DNA from: an uncultured Solirubrobacterales bacterium
Lineage (GTDB): Bacteria; Actinomycetota; Thermoleophilia; Solirubrobacterales; Solirubrobacteraceae
Direction: 5' to 3'
NCBI GenBank assembly: GCA_963825025.1
Contig: CAWGRJ010000002.1
Coordinates: 1,218,497 to 1,282,496 of the forward strand
DNA: 64,000 nucleotides
The notes beneath the pieces are model-generated. The model had not been told where the DNA came from. It worked only from the letters and a program-made list of their open reading frames with translations, and did no database searches. Numbering within the stretch: the stretch's first letter is position 1; every line of letters starts with the position of its first letter. This document shows positions 43,686 through 52,560 of this stretch, one piece after another. The translations under genes and the position numbers were made by a program.

Positions 43686-44603
43686 ATGGGCCGCGCGCTT
43701 GTCACCGGAGCCTCCGGCTACATCGGCAGCCGACTGGTGCGCGAGCTTCACGCGCGAGGCGTTCCGGTTGGGTGCGTAGCGCGCGACCCGAGCCGGGTCA
43801 GCTTCGATCCGGCCGTCACGGTACACCGCGCCGACATGCTCGATCCAAGCTCCCTGAGCGCGATCGGCGAGGGCTACACGACGGCCTATTATCTCGTCCA
43901 CTCGATGGGTCGGGGCGGCGACTCCGACTACGAGCAGCGCGACGCCACAGCCGCCTCCAACTTCGCTCGCTTCGCGATCGCCACGGGCATCGAGCGGATC
44001 GTGTACCTCGGCGGCCTCGGCGACCGCCCCGCATCCCAGCACCTGCGCTCGCGGCTGCACGTCGGAGAAATCCTGCGCGATCAGGGACCACCGCTGAGCT
44101 GGTTTCGCGCCGGCATGGTGGTGGGAGCCGGATCGGAGAGCTACCGAACGCTACGCTCGCTCGTCGAGCGCCTACCAGTGATGCTCGCCCCCTCGTGGCT
44201 GGCCACACCCACCCAAGCGATCGGCATCGGCGACGTTCTGCGCTACCTCATCGAGGCTCCTCGGATCCCGCAGACGCGCTCCCGGGAGATCCAGATCGGA
44301 TCGGCCGAGATACTCACATACGGCGAGATGCTCGACCAAATGGCCGACGCGCTGGGACTGCACCGCCGCCCACGCATCCCCGTACCACTGCTGACACCAT
44401 GGCTCTCCTCGCACTGGATCGGGCTCATCACACCCGTCGACGCAGGCGTCGCAAGACCACTGATCGAGGGGCTCTCCACCGACACGACCATCACCGACCC
44501 ATCCGGCATGGAACTGTTCGACATCCAACCCAGATCCTTCAAACAGGCCCTGCGCGAAGCAATCATTGAGGAGAACCAAGCCAGTCGAAGCCAGTCGGTG
44601 TGA
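43686..44603 (+). CDS. NAD(P)-binding epimerase/dehydratase (NmrA/atypical SDR-like)
   Basis: MGRALVTGASGYIGSRLVRELHARG (GxxGxxG Rossmann). ATG 43686 lies 2 nt after the cfa stop. Confidence 0.8.
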   Translation: MGRALVTGASGYIGSRLVRELHARGVPVGCVARDPSRVSFDPAVTVHRADMLDPSSLSAIGEGYTTAYYLVHSMGRGGDSDYEQRDATAASNFARFAIATGIERIVYLGGLGDRPASQHLRSRLHVGEILRDQGPPLSWFRAGMVVGAGSESYRTLRSLVERLPVMLAPSWLATPTQAIGIGDVLRYLIEAPRIPQTRSREIQIGSAEILTYGEMLDQMADALGLHRRPRIPVPLLTPWLSSHWIGLITPVDAGVARPLIEGLSTDTTITDPSGMELFDIQPRSFKQALREAIIEENQASRSQSV

Positions 44604-44961
44604 ACCGACGGCCGCCAATCGCGTGGTCCACTTGGAGCGCGACCAGTTCGTAGCGGCAACCTCCCGGCCCATACCGCTAACCGCACTCCTCAGACACGCC
44701 CACGAGGTTATGCGAGCACCACGACGGCACCTGCGCACTGCTCGCCGCGGGCGTGGCGTCCGTGGAGCGAGCTCTCACGGCGCACTACACGCCCGCCTGA
44801 TGTTCAGTGTCCGGCGCCAGTTCGGTGGCCTTGACGGGGAGCATCAGCGCGGAGATGAGCAGGTAGCCGCGCAGCGTGAGCATTCCTACGCGCCGGGTGC
44901 GCGACCAGTACGGTCGCGCGTTGACGGGCTGGACGTCAGGTCGTTTAGAGTGCCGCCCGGC

Positions 44962-45183
44962 ATGACCGACGAGGAACTTGACGAGCTGATACTCGGTCGA
45001 CTGAGGAACCGGCAGGAGGCCGCTCACGCGCGCCTCAGCGCCGCGGCGACTCAGAGTCCAGCCGACCTGGCTAGCTCGTTCAACGAGCCCGAGAGCCTAG
45101 TAGAGGCGCGTATTCTCGTGCTCGCGAGCGAAGACAGGATCAAGGAGTCTGACGCGGCGCCGGGCCGCTGGATGATCGCCTGA
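44962..45183 (+). CDS. possible small winged-helix-like protein (73 aa)
   Basis: MTDEELDELILGRLRNRQEAAHARL...ESLVEARILVLASEDRIKESDAAPGRWMIA. No clear Shine-Dalgarno. A competing minus-strand ORF lies at 44785-45027. Confidence 0.35.
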   Translation: MTDEELDELILGRLRNRQEAAHARLSAAATQSPADLASSFNEPESLVEARILVLASEDRIKESDAAPGRWMIA

Positions 45184-45864
45184 ATGCCGGCCCGGCCGAC
45201 GTGATCCCGGCCCGCCGCAGCTCGCGGGCCGCAAAGTTAGTGTTCCGCTGGGATCGCGGTTCACATTCACTTGTATGGACCCCACCGACCCCGAGCACGA
45301 CGCGCCGGACGCGCCGTCCCAGCTCACGGTCACCTTCGATGACGTGCAGGGCCCCTACCGGCGCCGCCTCCTCCTGGGCGCCGCCGCGGTCGCGCTGACC
45401 CTCGTCGTGTCCGGCGCGGCTTGGCGTCTGAGCACTCTCCCCAGTTCTCGTTCGACCCGCCAGGCGCACCACTCCGCTGGCCACGGCCGACATAACGCGC
45501 GCCGCCCTCGGCGGGTCGCGCCGGCCCGCCGAGCGTCTGGACCGCCCGCCGCCCGCCCGCGACGCCTCACGCAAGCTCGGTCTCCCAACAGACGCCGCGC
45601 AGTTGCAACGAGCGCGATCCCGCCCAATCCGGGTCCTTCGCGTCTCAAAATTTACTCGTCGGTCGGACCGGCGCGTCCACTTTCCCGGCCCGCTGTCGGT
45701 CAAGGTCCAAGACAGGGACAGTTCGACTATCTCGGCAAGTAAGCCAAAGGCCCACTAACCGGGTCAACGGCACGCGAGGCTCTTCTGACGATGGTGTGGG
45801 GTCAACTAAAACGCCCATCGTTGGAGGTGCGCGCCGCTGCGCTCACGGGAGCCAGTGGAGGCAA

Positions 45865-46200
45865 ATGATGAGCCCAAATATGTCAGCTCCGTTCCTGGAC
45901 TTTGTGGCCCGCCGGCTACAGGCCGTGGCAGAGCCCAATCGCATACGCATCCTGAAGATGCTCGAGGGCGGGGAAGCGACCGTTCAAGACCTCACGGACG
46001 AGCTCGCGACGACCCATCAGAACGTGTCGCGGCATCTCGCTGTGCTCTACCAATCGGGCATGGTGAGCCGCCGCAAGGACGGCAGAACCGTGTGGTACAC
46101 GCTCGCTGACTTCAGTGCCCTGCGCTTGGTCGAGCAGGCGGCACAGAGCGCCAGCGGCTATGTTGAGGAGCTGGCGACGATCGCCGGCCTCGACGTTTAG
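45865..46200 (+). CDS. ArsR/SmtB-family transcriptional regulator
   Basis: TGGAGG (45856-45861) before ATG 45865. LQAVAEPNRIRILKMLEGGEATVQDLTDELATTHQNVSRHLAVLYQSGMVSRRKDGRTVWYTL. Confidence 0.85.
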   Translation: MMSPNMSAPFLDFVARRLQAVAEPNRIRILKMLEGGEATVQDLTDELATTHQNVSRHLAVLYQSGMVSRRKDGRTVWYTLADFSALRLVEQAAQSASGYVEELATIAGLDV

Positions 46201-46311
46201 CTCACCTGACTGCCCCCAACACGCGCGCGGCCCCAGCTCGCCGCCGATATAGCCGTCTTCCTCCCCGCGCAGCGGGGCCGATTACCGCTGCCCGCATTCA
46301 CGGTGGCAGTC

Positions 46312-46370
46312 CGCAAATAAGTGATTACGTATTTACGTGAATACGTAAATGATTATTTGTAGTAAATAGC
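46312..46370. promoter_or_regulatory. AT-rich palindromic region (operator/promoter, or oriT candidate) ahead of the T4SS operon
   Basis: aaataagtgATTACGTATTTACGTGAATACGTAAATgattatttgtagtaaata. Perfect inverted repeat ATTTACGT-gaat-ACGTAAAT (46331-46350) and three (T)ACGT(A) cores. This is the only AT-rich stretch in an otherwise high-GC neighbourhood. Confidence 0.45.
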
Positions 46371-46395
46371 ACAGCCGCTCCTTACCTTCGGCCCT

Positions 46396-46647
46396 ATGAC
46401 TAGTTCTCGTAGGACCCACAAAGGTGAGAGCCAGGACCGCTTCGCCCGGCCACAGACGGACGGCGTGAAGCGCCTGGCGCGTATCGCGGCTCGTGCGTTG
46501 TTGTGGGGATGCGTGCTGCTGCTGCTAATTCGCGGCGCGCTCTCGATGCTGAACACGGAATCCCGCGTGCCCACCACCACAAGCGGTGTGACGGTTACTG
46601 CGACGCAGCCCGCCAGCACCGGATCAACGAGTGCGCAAAGGCGGTGA
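46396..46647 (+). CDS. small single-pass membrane protein, first gene of the transfer operon
   Basis: 83 aa. TM RALLWGCVLLLLIRGALSML. The stop overlaps the next start (GTGA at 46644-46647). Confidence 0.55.
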   Translation: MTSSRRTHKGESQDRFARPQTDGVKRLARIAARALLWGCVLLLLIRGALSMLNTESRVPTTTSGVTVTATQPASTGSTSAQRR

Positions 46648-46964
46648 TTGCAGTGTTTTCACAGAAACGACGTCTCGGGCTTCTGGCCCTTCTGTTGGCG
46701 ATCTGTGCGTTGATGATGTTCCCGGTCGCGGCATTCGCGTCCGGCAACAACGTCGGGCAGAACGTCGCGAACCTGCTGAAAGGGTACGCGACGGAGCTGT
46801 ACGGCGGGATCGTGGGCGTCGTAAGCCTGATGTTTCTCGTCAATCGCCGCTACACGGAGCTGGCGGTTTTCCTGTTCGCGGCGATCGTGGTCGCGTGGAT
46901 GGTGTTCGCCTCGGCGGACATTGCCACCGCTGCGGAAGCCATCGGCAAACAGATCTTCGGTTAA
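46644..46964 (+). CDS. pilin-like (TrbC/VirB2-like topology) small membrane protein
   Basis: Signal-like LGLLALLLAICALMMFPVAAFA, then two hydrophobic helices (LYGGIVGVVSLMFLV and LAVFLFAAIVVAWMVFA). Confidence 0.55.
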   Translation: MIAVFSQKRRLGLLALLLAICALMMFPVAAFASGNNVGQNVANLLKGYATELYGGIVGVVSLMFLVNRRYTELAVFLFAAIVVAWMVFASADIATAAEAIGKQIFG

Positions 46965-46980
46965 GCGGAGCTGCTTTCAG

Positions 46981-47685
46981 ATGAGTGACTCCACGCATCC
47001 GATCCGCTCCTACCAGCGGATATTCAAGCCCGACCGGCGGGTCTACGCGATCGACGGGCGGCGGCTGCCTGTGCCGGGCGGCGTGCCGCTTGAGTGGCTC
47101 GGCTGGGCGTTCTGCTCGCTGGTCGTGGTGCTGGTCGTAAGCCAGCGCTCGATCTTCTTCGCGGTAGTGACCGCGGCGGTCGTGGGGCTGCTCGGTGCAA
47201 GCTCACACGGCTGGCCCGGCGCGGTCCTCGGTGCGCTCGCTGGGTTCGCCGGGACGTTGCTGGCGGGCGTCGTGCTCGACTGGCTCGATTGGCCGCTTCG
47301 GCTGCTGATCGCGCCGGGCATGATCGCGACGCTCGCCGGGCAGGCAGCACCGGACGGACGCCCAGCGCACCGCTATCTCACCTCCTGGGCGGCGCTTCGT
47401 ATGCGCTCGGCTCGCCGCTCGCTCGACTCCGCGATCGGCGCCGAGGACGAAGCCCACGATTGGGCGCCGAAGGTGTGGGTCGCGCCGGACGAGCACTCCC
47501 CGGTGCTTCACCACGGCAAGGTGCGCGGCCCCGCTCGGCTCGTGTTCGCACGCCCGGTGGTCGCGATCCCCGGCCGGCGGCGACTGATCGTCCGCCGCGC
47601 TGCCGGCCATCGCCTGCGCACGGGCGAGCGGCTTGCCGAAGTCATCGAGCTGGACGAGGGCCAGGTCGTGGAGGTCCGGCCATGA
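46981..47685 (+). CDS. TcpE-like conjugal-transfer membrane protein
   Basis: N-terminal RSYQRIFKPDRRVYAIDGRRLPVPGGVPL resembles the TcpE-family signature. Several TM helices follow. Confidence 0.6.
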   Translation: MSDSTHPIRSYQRIFKPDRRVYAIDGRRLPVPGGVPLEWLGWAFCSLVVVLVVSQRSIFFAVVTAAVVGLLGASSHGWPGAVLGALAGFAGTLLAGVVLDWLDWPLRLLIAPGMIATLAGQAAPDGRPAHRYLTSWAALRMRSARRSLDSAIGAEDEAHDWAPKVWVAPDEHSPVLHHGKVRGPARLVFARPVVAIPGRRRLIVRRAAGHRLRTGERLAEVIELDEGQVVEVRP

Positions 47686-48911
47686 CGACCTTCTCCCTGC
47701 GCTACGCGCACGGCAACGTGCTGCTCGGGCGAAGCGGTGACAGCGCCGCGCTCTACCGGCTGGCGATGACCTCCTACCCGTACCTGCCGACGGGCGGCAA
47801 GTGGGGGCTCCAGCGTCGCCTGCAGCGGTTGGCGCACACCGTCGGCGCAGACTTTTCGCTGTGGCGGGTCAGCCGCGCGTATCCGGCTGATGAGTACGTC
47901 GAGCACACCTCCGGTCTGCTCGACAGCCGCCACCAAGACCCCGCCGCGTGGCAAGCGTTCTTGGAGGGCCACCAGGCGAGGCTGCGCGACCTCGGCTCGC
48001 ACATCCCCGAGTGCTACCTCGCGGTATCCCTCGCGGGCAAGAGCCCGACGGGCGTCGGCTCCGGCCTGGTCAGGAGCGTCGACCGAGTTCGTCGTCGCGT
48101 CGAGGAGGCGGCCGGGATCGGGTCGGCCTCGCCGATCACCGGCGGCGAGCTGTCCGAACTCCAGACGCGCGAGCAGCGCACGTTCGAGCGGCTGAACGGC
48201 GTCATCGCCTCGCGGCGTGCGAGGACCGTAGAGCTTCAGTGGCTTTTGCGCCGGTCGGTGTGCCGCGGCATCGGCGAGCCCGTCCTTGACCGGCACTGGT
48301 CCCCGGATGCGCTGATCGTCTCCGCGCCCGGCGGCGGCGTCTCCTTCGAGCCGCTCGGGAGCGACCTTCGCCAGTGCGCGCAGGCCGCGATCACCGAGCG
48401 GGAGCAGTCGCTGATCGTGCACAGCGAGCGAGGCTGCTCCTACCAGGCGCTGCTGTGTGTCGGAGCGCTCGCCGAAGCACCTGAGTTCCCAGGCTGGACA
48501 GCGGAGGTGCTGTTCGCGCCGTTGGAGTCGCTGCCGTGGCCGGTCGACGCGGTCGCGCATTGCCGCTGGCTTGGCAACAGGCAAGCGCTCACCCAGGTCC
48601 GCAAGCGGATCGCGGACGTCGAGCACGCCTTCTACGAGCAGGTTCATGGTGCCGCGCACGGCCCGAGCGTTCTTGCCGGTGTCGACCGTGTCCTCGCTCG
48701 CGAATACGAGGCGCAACTGCAGGCCGGCGGGCACCCGCCGATGCTCTACGGGCAGATCGGCCTCGCGGTCGGCGCCCCGACCGAGGAGGAGCTAGAGCGC
48801 AGGGTCGCGGCGCTGCGGGAGCAGTACGGCGACCTCGCGCTGCACAGGCCGGTCGGTCTTCAGTACCAGCTCTGGCTTGAGCACCTCCCGCGAGCGGACG
48901 GGTGGGTGTGA
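47682..48911 (+). CDS. VirB4/TcpF-like ATPase, N-terminal half
   Basis: 409 aa. ATG 47682 overlaps the upstream TGA (ATGA). No P-loop in this half. The ATPase half follows directly in another frame. Confidence 0.65.
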   Translation: MTTFSLRYAHGNVLLGRSGDSAALYRLAMTSYPYLPTGGKWGLQRRLQRLAHTVGADFSLWRVSRAYPADEYVEHTSGLLDSRHQDPAAWQAFLEGHQARLRDLGSHIPECYLAVSLAGKSPTGVGSGLVRSVDRVRRRVEEAAGIGSASPITGGELSELQTREQRTFERLNGVIASRRARTVELQWLLRRSVCRGIGEPVLDRHWSPDALIVSAPGGGVSFEPLGSDLRQCAQAAITEREQSLIVHSERGCSYQALLCVGALAEAPEFPGWTAEVLFAPLESLPWPVDAVAHCRWLGNRQALTQVRKRIADVEHAFYEQVHGAAHGPSVLAGVDRVLAREYEAQLQAGGHPPMLYGQIGLAVGAPTEEELERRVAALREQYGDLALHRPVGLQYQLWLEHLPRADGWV

Positions 48912-50113
48912 TGCGCGACTACACCCAGCAGCTCACTGTCGAGCAGTTCGGGGCGATGGTCCCGACCGCGAGCCGCATCGTCGGCTCCCAGCGCGGCCCA
49001 TATCTCGGGTACACGCCGGTCGGCGCACCGCTGCCCGTCAGGTTCGATCCGACTCAGGCGCCCCGCGAAGATCGCGCCTCAGCGGTCCTTCTGATCGGCA
49101 CCCTCGGGTCGGGCAAGACGGTCGCCTCGCAGGCGATCGAGTACGCCGCCGAGCGCCGGGGATCGCTCGTGGTGGACTTCGATCCGAAGCCCGACCACGG
49201 GTGGGAGAACCTGCCCGAGCTGGCCGACCGGCTGCAGGTGCTCGAGCTGTCCGGCGCCGAGGCGCAACAAGGGCGACTCGATCCGCTGCGGATCGGGCTT
49301 GAGGACATCCGCGAGGAGCTGGCGTGCAGCTACCTGCTGGAGCTTTTGCCGGGCAGCCCCGCGCAGTGGGAGAACGCCGTTTCGCTCGCGGTGAAGGACA
49401 CCGTCCGCGAGGGATCACGCAGCCTTCTGCGCGTTGTCGAGCAGCTCCTGGCCTCCGATCGTGCCGGTGCGAGGGAGGCCGGGGAGGCGCTTGAGGTAAT
49501 CCGCGACTTCGGCCTCGCGAGGCTCGGGTTCGGTGGCGGCGCCGGCAGCGACGTGCAGGCCGCGATGCCGGTCACGACGATCCGCATGCCCGGCCTCTCG
49601 CTGCCGGAACCGACGGCAGCTCGCGAGAGTTACACGCGCGCGGAGCGGATCTCGGTCGCGACGTTGAGCTTGGTCGCGGCCTACGCGCTGCAGCTCATCT
49701 CCAAGGACCGCTCGCGTCACAAGATCGTCGGCCTGGACGAGATTTGGTTCCTGCTCGCCTCGCCGCAGGGCCGGCAGATCATTCACCGTCTCGTCCGGCT
49801 CGGCCGCGCGTACAACGCGACGCTGCTGCTCGGCACTCACAGGATCGCCGACCTCGGGGACCTCGCCGACCTGATCGGCGTCGTGTTCGTCTTCGGGCAG
49901 GACTCAGATGCCGGCGCCTCGGCGGCTCTGCGGTTCATCGGCCTTGACCCGACGCCTGAGCTGATCGGCAAGGTCCGCGAATTCCGCGCCGGGCATTGCC
50001 TGATGCGCGACCTGCACGGCCGCGTAGGGGAGGTGCAGATCGACCTCGTCTACCCGCACCTCCTCCAAGCGCTCGGAACCACACCCCAGCAGCCCGGAAG
50101 GAGCGAAGCATGA
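48911..50113 (+). CDS. VirB4/TcpF-like ATPase, C-terminal P-loop half
   Basis: Walker A LLIGTLGSGKTV. Walker B IVGLDEIWFLL. ATG 48911 shares one base with TGA 48909-48911 (alternative GTG 48902/48908). Confidence 0.8.
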   Translation: MRDYTQQLTVEQFGAMVPTASRIVGSQRGPYLGYTPVGAPLPVRFDPTQAPREDRASAVLLIGTLGSGKTVASQAIEYAAERRGSLVVDFDPKPDHGWENLPELADRLQVLELSGAEAQQGRLDPLRIGLEDIREELACSYLLELLPGSPAQWENAVSLAVKDTVREGSRSLLRVVEQLLASDRAGAREAGEALEVIRDFGLARLGFGGGAGSDVQAAMPVTTIRMPGLSLPEPTAARESYTRAERISVATLSLVAAYALQLISKDRSRHKIVGLDEIWFLLASPQGRQIIHRLVRLGRAYNATLLLGTHRIADLGDLADLIGVVFVFGQDSDAGASAALRFIGLDPTPELIGKVREFRAGHCLMRDLHGRVGEVQIDLVYPHLLQALGTTPQQPGRSEA

Positions 50114-52560
50114 AGACCCTGATCCTCCGGCCGGCGAGGTGGGCTGGCCGTCATCGCCGCAGCATGATCGTCCTCTTCTTCGTGACGTTCTTGACGTTGC
50201 TCGGCGCGCACCCCTCAGCGCACGCCGCTGACGTGTTCAGCAACATCGACCCGGCGCCGCAGCTCCCGCCCGGCGGCTGGGTCGGCCGCTACCCCGTCGG
50301 GAACTACGAGCTAGACCAGTACTTCCCGGCGATCAGCGTCGGCTTCACCAGCGGCGTCGATGCCTCTGGGGTCGCGCCGATGATCGCGTACTTCGGCGCG
50401 GAGGTGCTGTGGGAAATCACCTCATTCCTCGCAAACGGGGTGATTCTCCTTTTCGCGCTCGCGTTCAACCTCGACTTGGTCAACGGGTCAACGCCGGGAT
50501 CGGGCGCGCTCGCGCCGGTCTCCCAGGCGATCCACAACCTGTACGAGAGCACCTTCGGGACGCCTTGGCTGATAGCGGCAATCACCCTCGTCGGCTGCTG
50601 GGCGATGTGGAAGGCGCTCATCCAGCGCCGCTACGCGGAGACTGCGGGGGCGCTCGCCGTCTCGGCGCTGTTCTTCGTCCTCGCGATCGGGATAGTCACC
50701 CAGCCCGAAGAGACGATCGCCCCGGCGAGCAAACTGTCCAATCAGCTCTCCACGGCGCTGCTGTCACTCGGCAGCGAAGGAAGCGTCGGCAACGAATCGC
50801 AGGCGAAGACAGCAGCCAGCGACCAGCTCTTCGAACTTCTCGTCCTGAACCCCTGGACGGTTCTCGAGTTCGGCGGGATCGAGCACTGCGCGACCGTCAG
50901 CCACGGAAAGCCGCAATCGGTCGCAGTCAGACCGCTCAGCTCAAACCCGGCGACCGACACGCAGCTCGCCGCCCAGCTCGAACACGGCACCGAAGTCAAA
51001 GCCAACGGCAAGACGTGCATCAACGACCGCAACAAGTACGCCACCCATTTCCTCCAGTTCCCTCCGGGGTCACACCGCCGCGGCGCCGAGCACGAAGCGC
51101 TCGAACACGGCGATAACGAAGACCTCCCAGCGTCCGACCCCGGCAAGAGCGACGGCACCTACCCGCTAGGCCCGTCCGACGAGCCCGCCGCGGAAGCGAT
51201 GGGCAAGGGCGGCCAGTACCAGCGGCTGCTGCTCGCCATCGTGATTCTGCTCGGCGAGATCGGCGCCTATCTGCTGCTCGGCGCGCTCGCGGTCGGGGTC
51301 ATCCTCGCTCAGATCCTGCTGCTGACGCTGCTCGCGTTCGCGCCGGTCGCGCTCCTGATCGGCATCTTCCCCGGCCGCGGGCACGAGTTCTTCCGCGCAT
51401 GGGTATCGAAGCTCGCCGGCTACCTCGCCCGGAAGGTCATCTACAGCCTGATCCTCGCCATCGTCCTCGCGGTCTGCTCCGCGCTGGACGACGCGACCTC
51501 GAACCTCGGGTGGCTGCTCGCGTTCGCCTTGCAGGCCGCGTTCCTCTGGACCGTCTTCCTGCAACGCAACCGACTGACGAGCGACCTCCTCGCCGGGACG
51601 GTCGGGCCACGCGCCGCGAACGACGGCACCAACCGCCTCGCGAACCTCTACTACGCCACGCGCCTCGCGCGGCTGATGCCCACGCCGAACCTGCCTCGGC
51701 TCCCGCGCCTGCCGCGGAAACTCCCGACGCTCACGCCCAACGGCTCCCCCGGCGGCGGGACGCCCGGCGGAGAAGAAGCTCCACCGTCGAGCGAAGGCCC
51801 GAGCGGCGGAACACCACCACCGCCCACGGGCGCACCCTCCGGTGGCGGCCCGAGCGGCGACGAGCAGTTCGGAGACGACGAGCCACCGACGACGGCGCCA
51901 GCGCCGAACGAAACGCCGACGCACGGGCCAGGCGCCCCGAGTCCCCGCCCGAGCTACGACCACGAGGACACGCACGCCCAGGAGGACTCGACCTCGCCTC
52001 ACCCTCGCGGTTCGGCAGATCGGGCGCCCGCGAGCGACGCTCCGCCATCGCCGTCAACCCCGACGCGTGCTCAGCCTCCCGAGGACGAGCTGCCCCAAGA
52101 CGACACGGGCATCCCTAGATCCCCGACGGCGAACACGACACCCGCCAGCGCCCGCCCGCAAGGCGCACGCCCCGAAGCGAGGAGCGACGCGCCGACGACG
52201 CCAGCGGCCGAGGCGGGCGCGAGAACCTCCCCGACCCGCCCCGCACCCCCACCGCCGGCAGTGGCGCCGTCAGCGCAGCAGGCGCCCGTCGCAATCGAGC
52301 CTCCGCCGCCGGTTGCGTCGGCGAGCACCCCGGCGCCGGGCATCCCGCCACGGCGATCGGGCGGCGATGACTTCGGCGACGGGCCTCCGTCGCAGCCGAC
52401 CCCTGAGCCCGCCGCCGCGGCGCGTCCACCTCGCGACCAGCCGCCGTCGGCATCTACCGCCCCCGCGATCGGTGCCGAGGAGCCCGTCTCGCTCTTGCTC
52501 AGAGCGCGATACGGCACCGGCGCGGCTGACCCCGCAAACCAGGAGGACGAACACCCATGA
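50110..52560 (+). CDS. VirB6/TrbL-like polytopic membrane protein with a ~330-aa Pro-rich C-terminal tail
   Basis: GGAAGGAG before ATG 50110, which overlaps the upstream TGA. Signal peptide plus at least 6 TM helices. From about aa 490 the sequence is P/A/S/T-rich (PPPPTGAPSGGGPSG...). Confidence 0.7.
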   Translation: MKTLILRPARWAGRHRRSMIVLFFVTFLTLLGAHPSAHAADVFSNIDPAPQLPPGGWVGRYPVGNYELDQYFPAISVGFTSGVDASGVAPMIAYFGAEVLWEITSFLANGVILLFALAFNLDLVNGSTPGSGALAPVSQAIHNLYESTFGTPWLIAAITLVGCWAMWKALIQRRYAETAGALAVSALFFVLAIGIVTQPEETIAPASKLSNQLSTALLSLGSEGSVGNESQAKTAASDQLFELLVLNPWTVLEFGGIEHCATVSHGKPQSVAVRPLSSNPATDTQLAAQLEHGTEVKANGKTCINDRNKYATHFLQFPPGSHRRGAEHEALEHGDNEDLPASDPGKSDGTYPLGPSDEPAAEAMGKGGQYQRLLLAIVILLGEIGAYLLLGALAVGVILAQILLLTLLAFAPVALLIGIFPGRGHEFFRAWVSKLAGYLARKVIYSLILAIVLAVCSALDDATSNLGWLLAFALQAAFLWTVFLQRNRLTSDLLAGTVGPRAANDGTNRLANLYYATRLARLMPTPNLPRLPRLPRKLPTLTPNGSPGGGTPGGEEAPPSSEGPSGGTPPPPTGAPSGGGPSGDEQFGDDEPPTTAPAPNETPTHGPGAPSPRPSYDHEDTHAQEDSTSPHPRGSADRAPASDAPPSPSTPTRAQPPEDELPQDDTGIPRSPTANTTPASARPQGARPEARSDAPTTPAAEAGARTSPTRPAPPPPAVAPSAQQAPVAIEPPPPVASASTPAPGIPPRRSGGDDFGDGPPSQPTPEPAAAARPPRDQPPSASTAPAIGAEEPVSLLLRARYGTGAADPANQEDEHP

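Noticed and set aside
45275-45742. 155-codon ORF (MDPTDPEHDAPDAPSQLTVTFDDVQGPYRRRLLLGAAAVALTLVVSGAAW...) between the cargo cluster and the ArsR gene.
   Set aside because: The first 55 codons resemble a membrane-anchored protein, but the remainder is Arg/Pro-rich low-complexity, and equally long ORFs exist in other frames. Left unannotated.
51600-52520. Repetitive Pro/Ala/Ser-rich DNA in the 3' third of the VirB6-like gene, considered as a non-coding tandem repeat.
   Set aside because: It is in frame with the upstream polytopic membrane domain, has no exact nucleotide periodicity and ends at a stop that is ATGA-coupled to the next gene. It is best read as a low-complexity protein tail.
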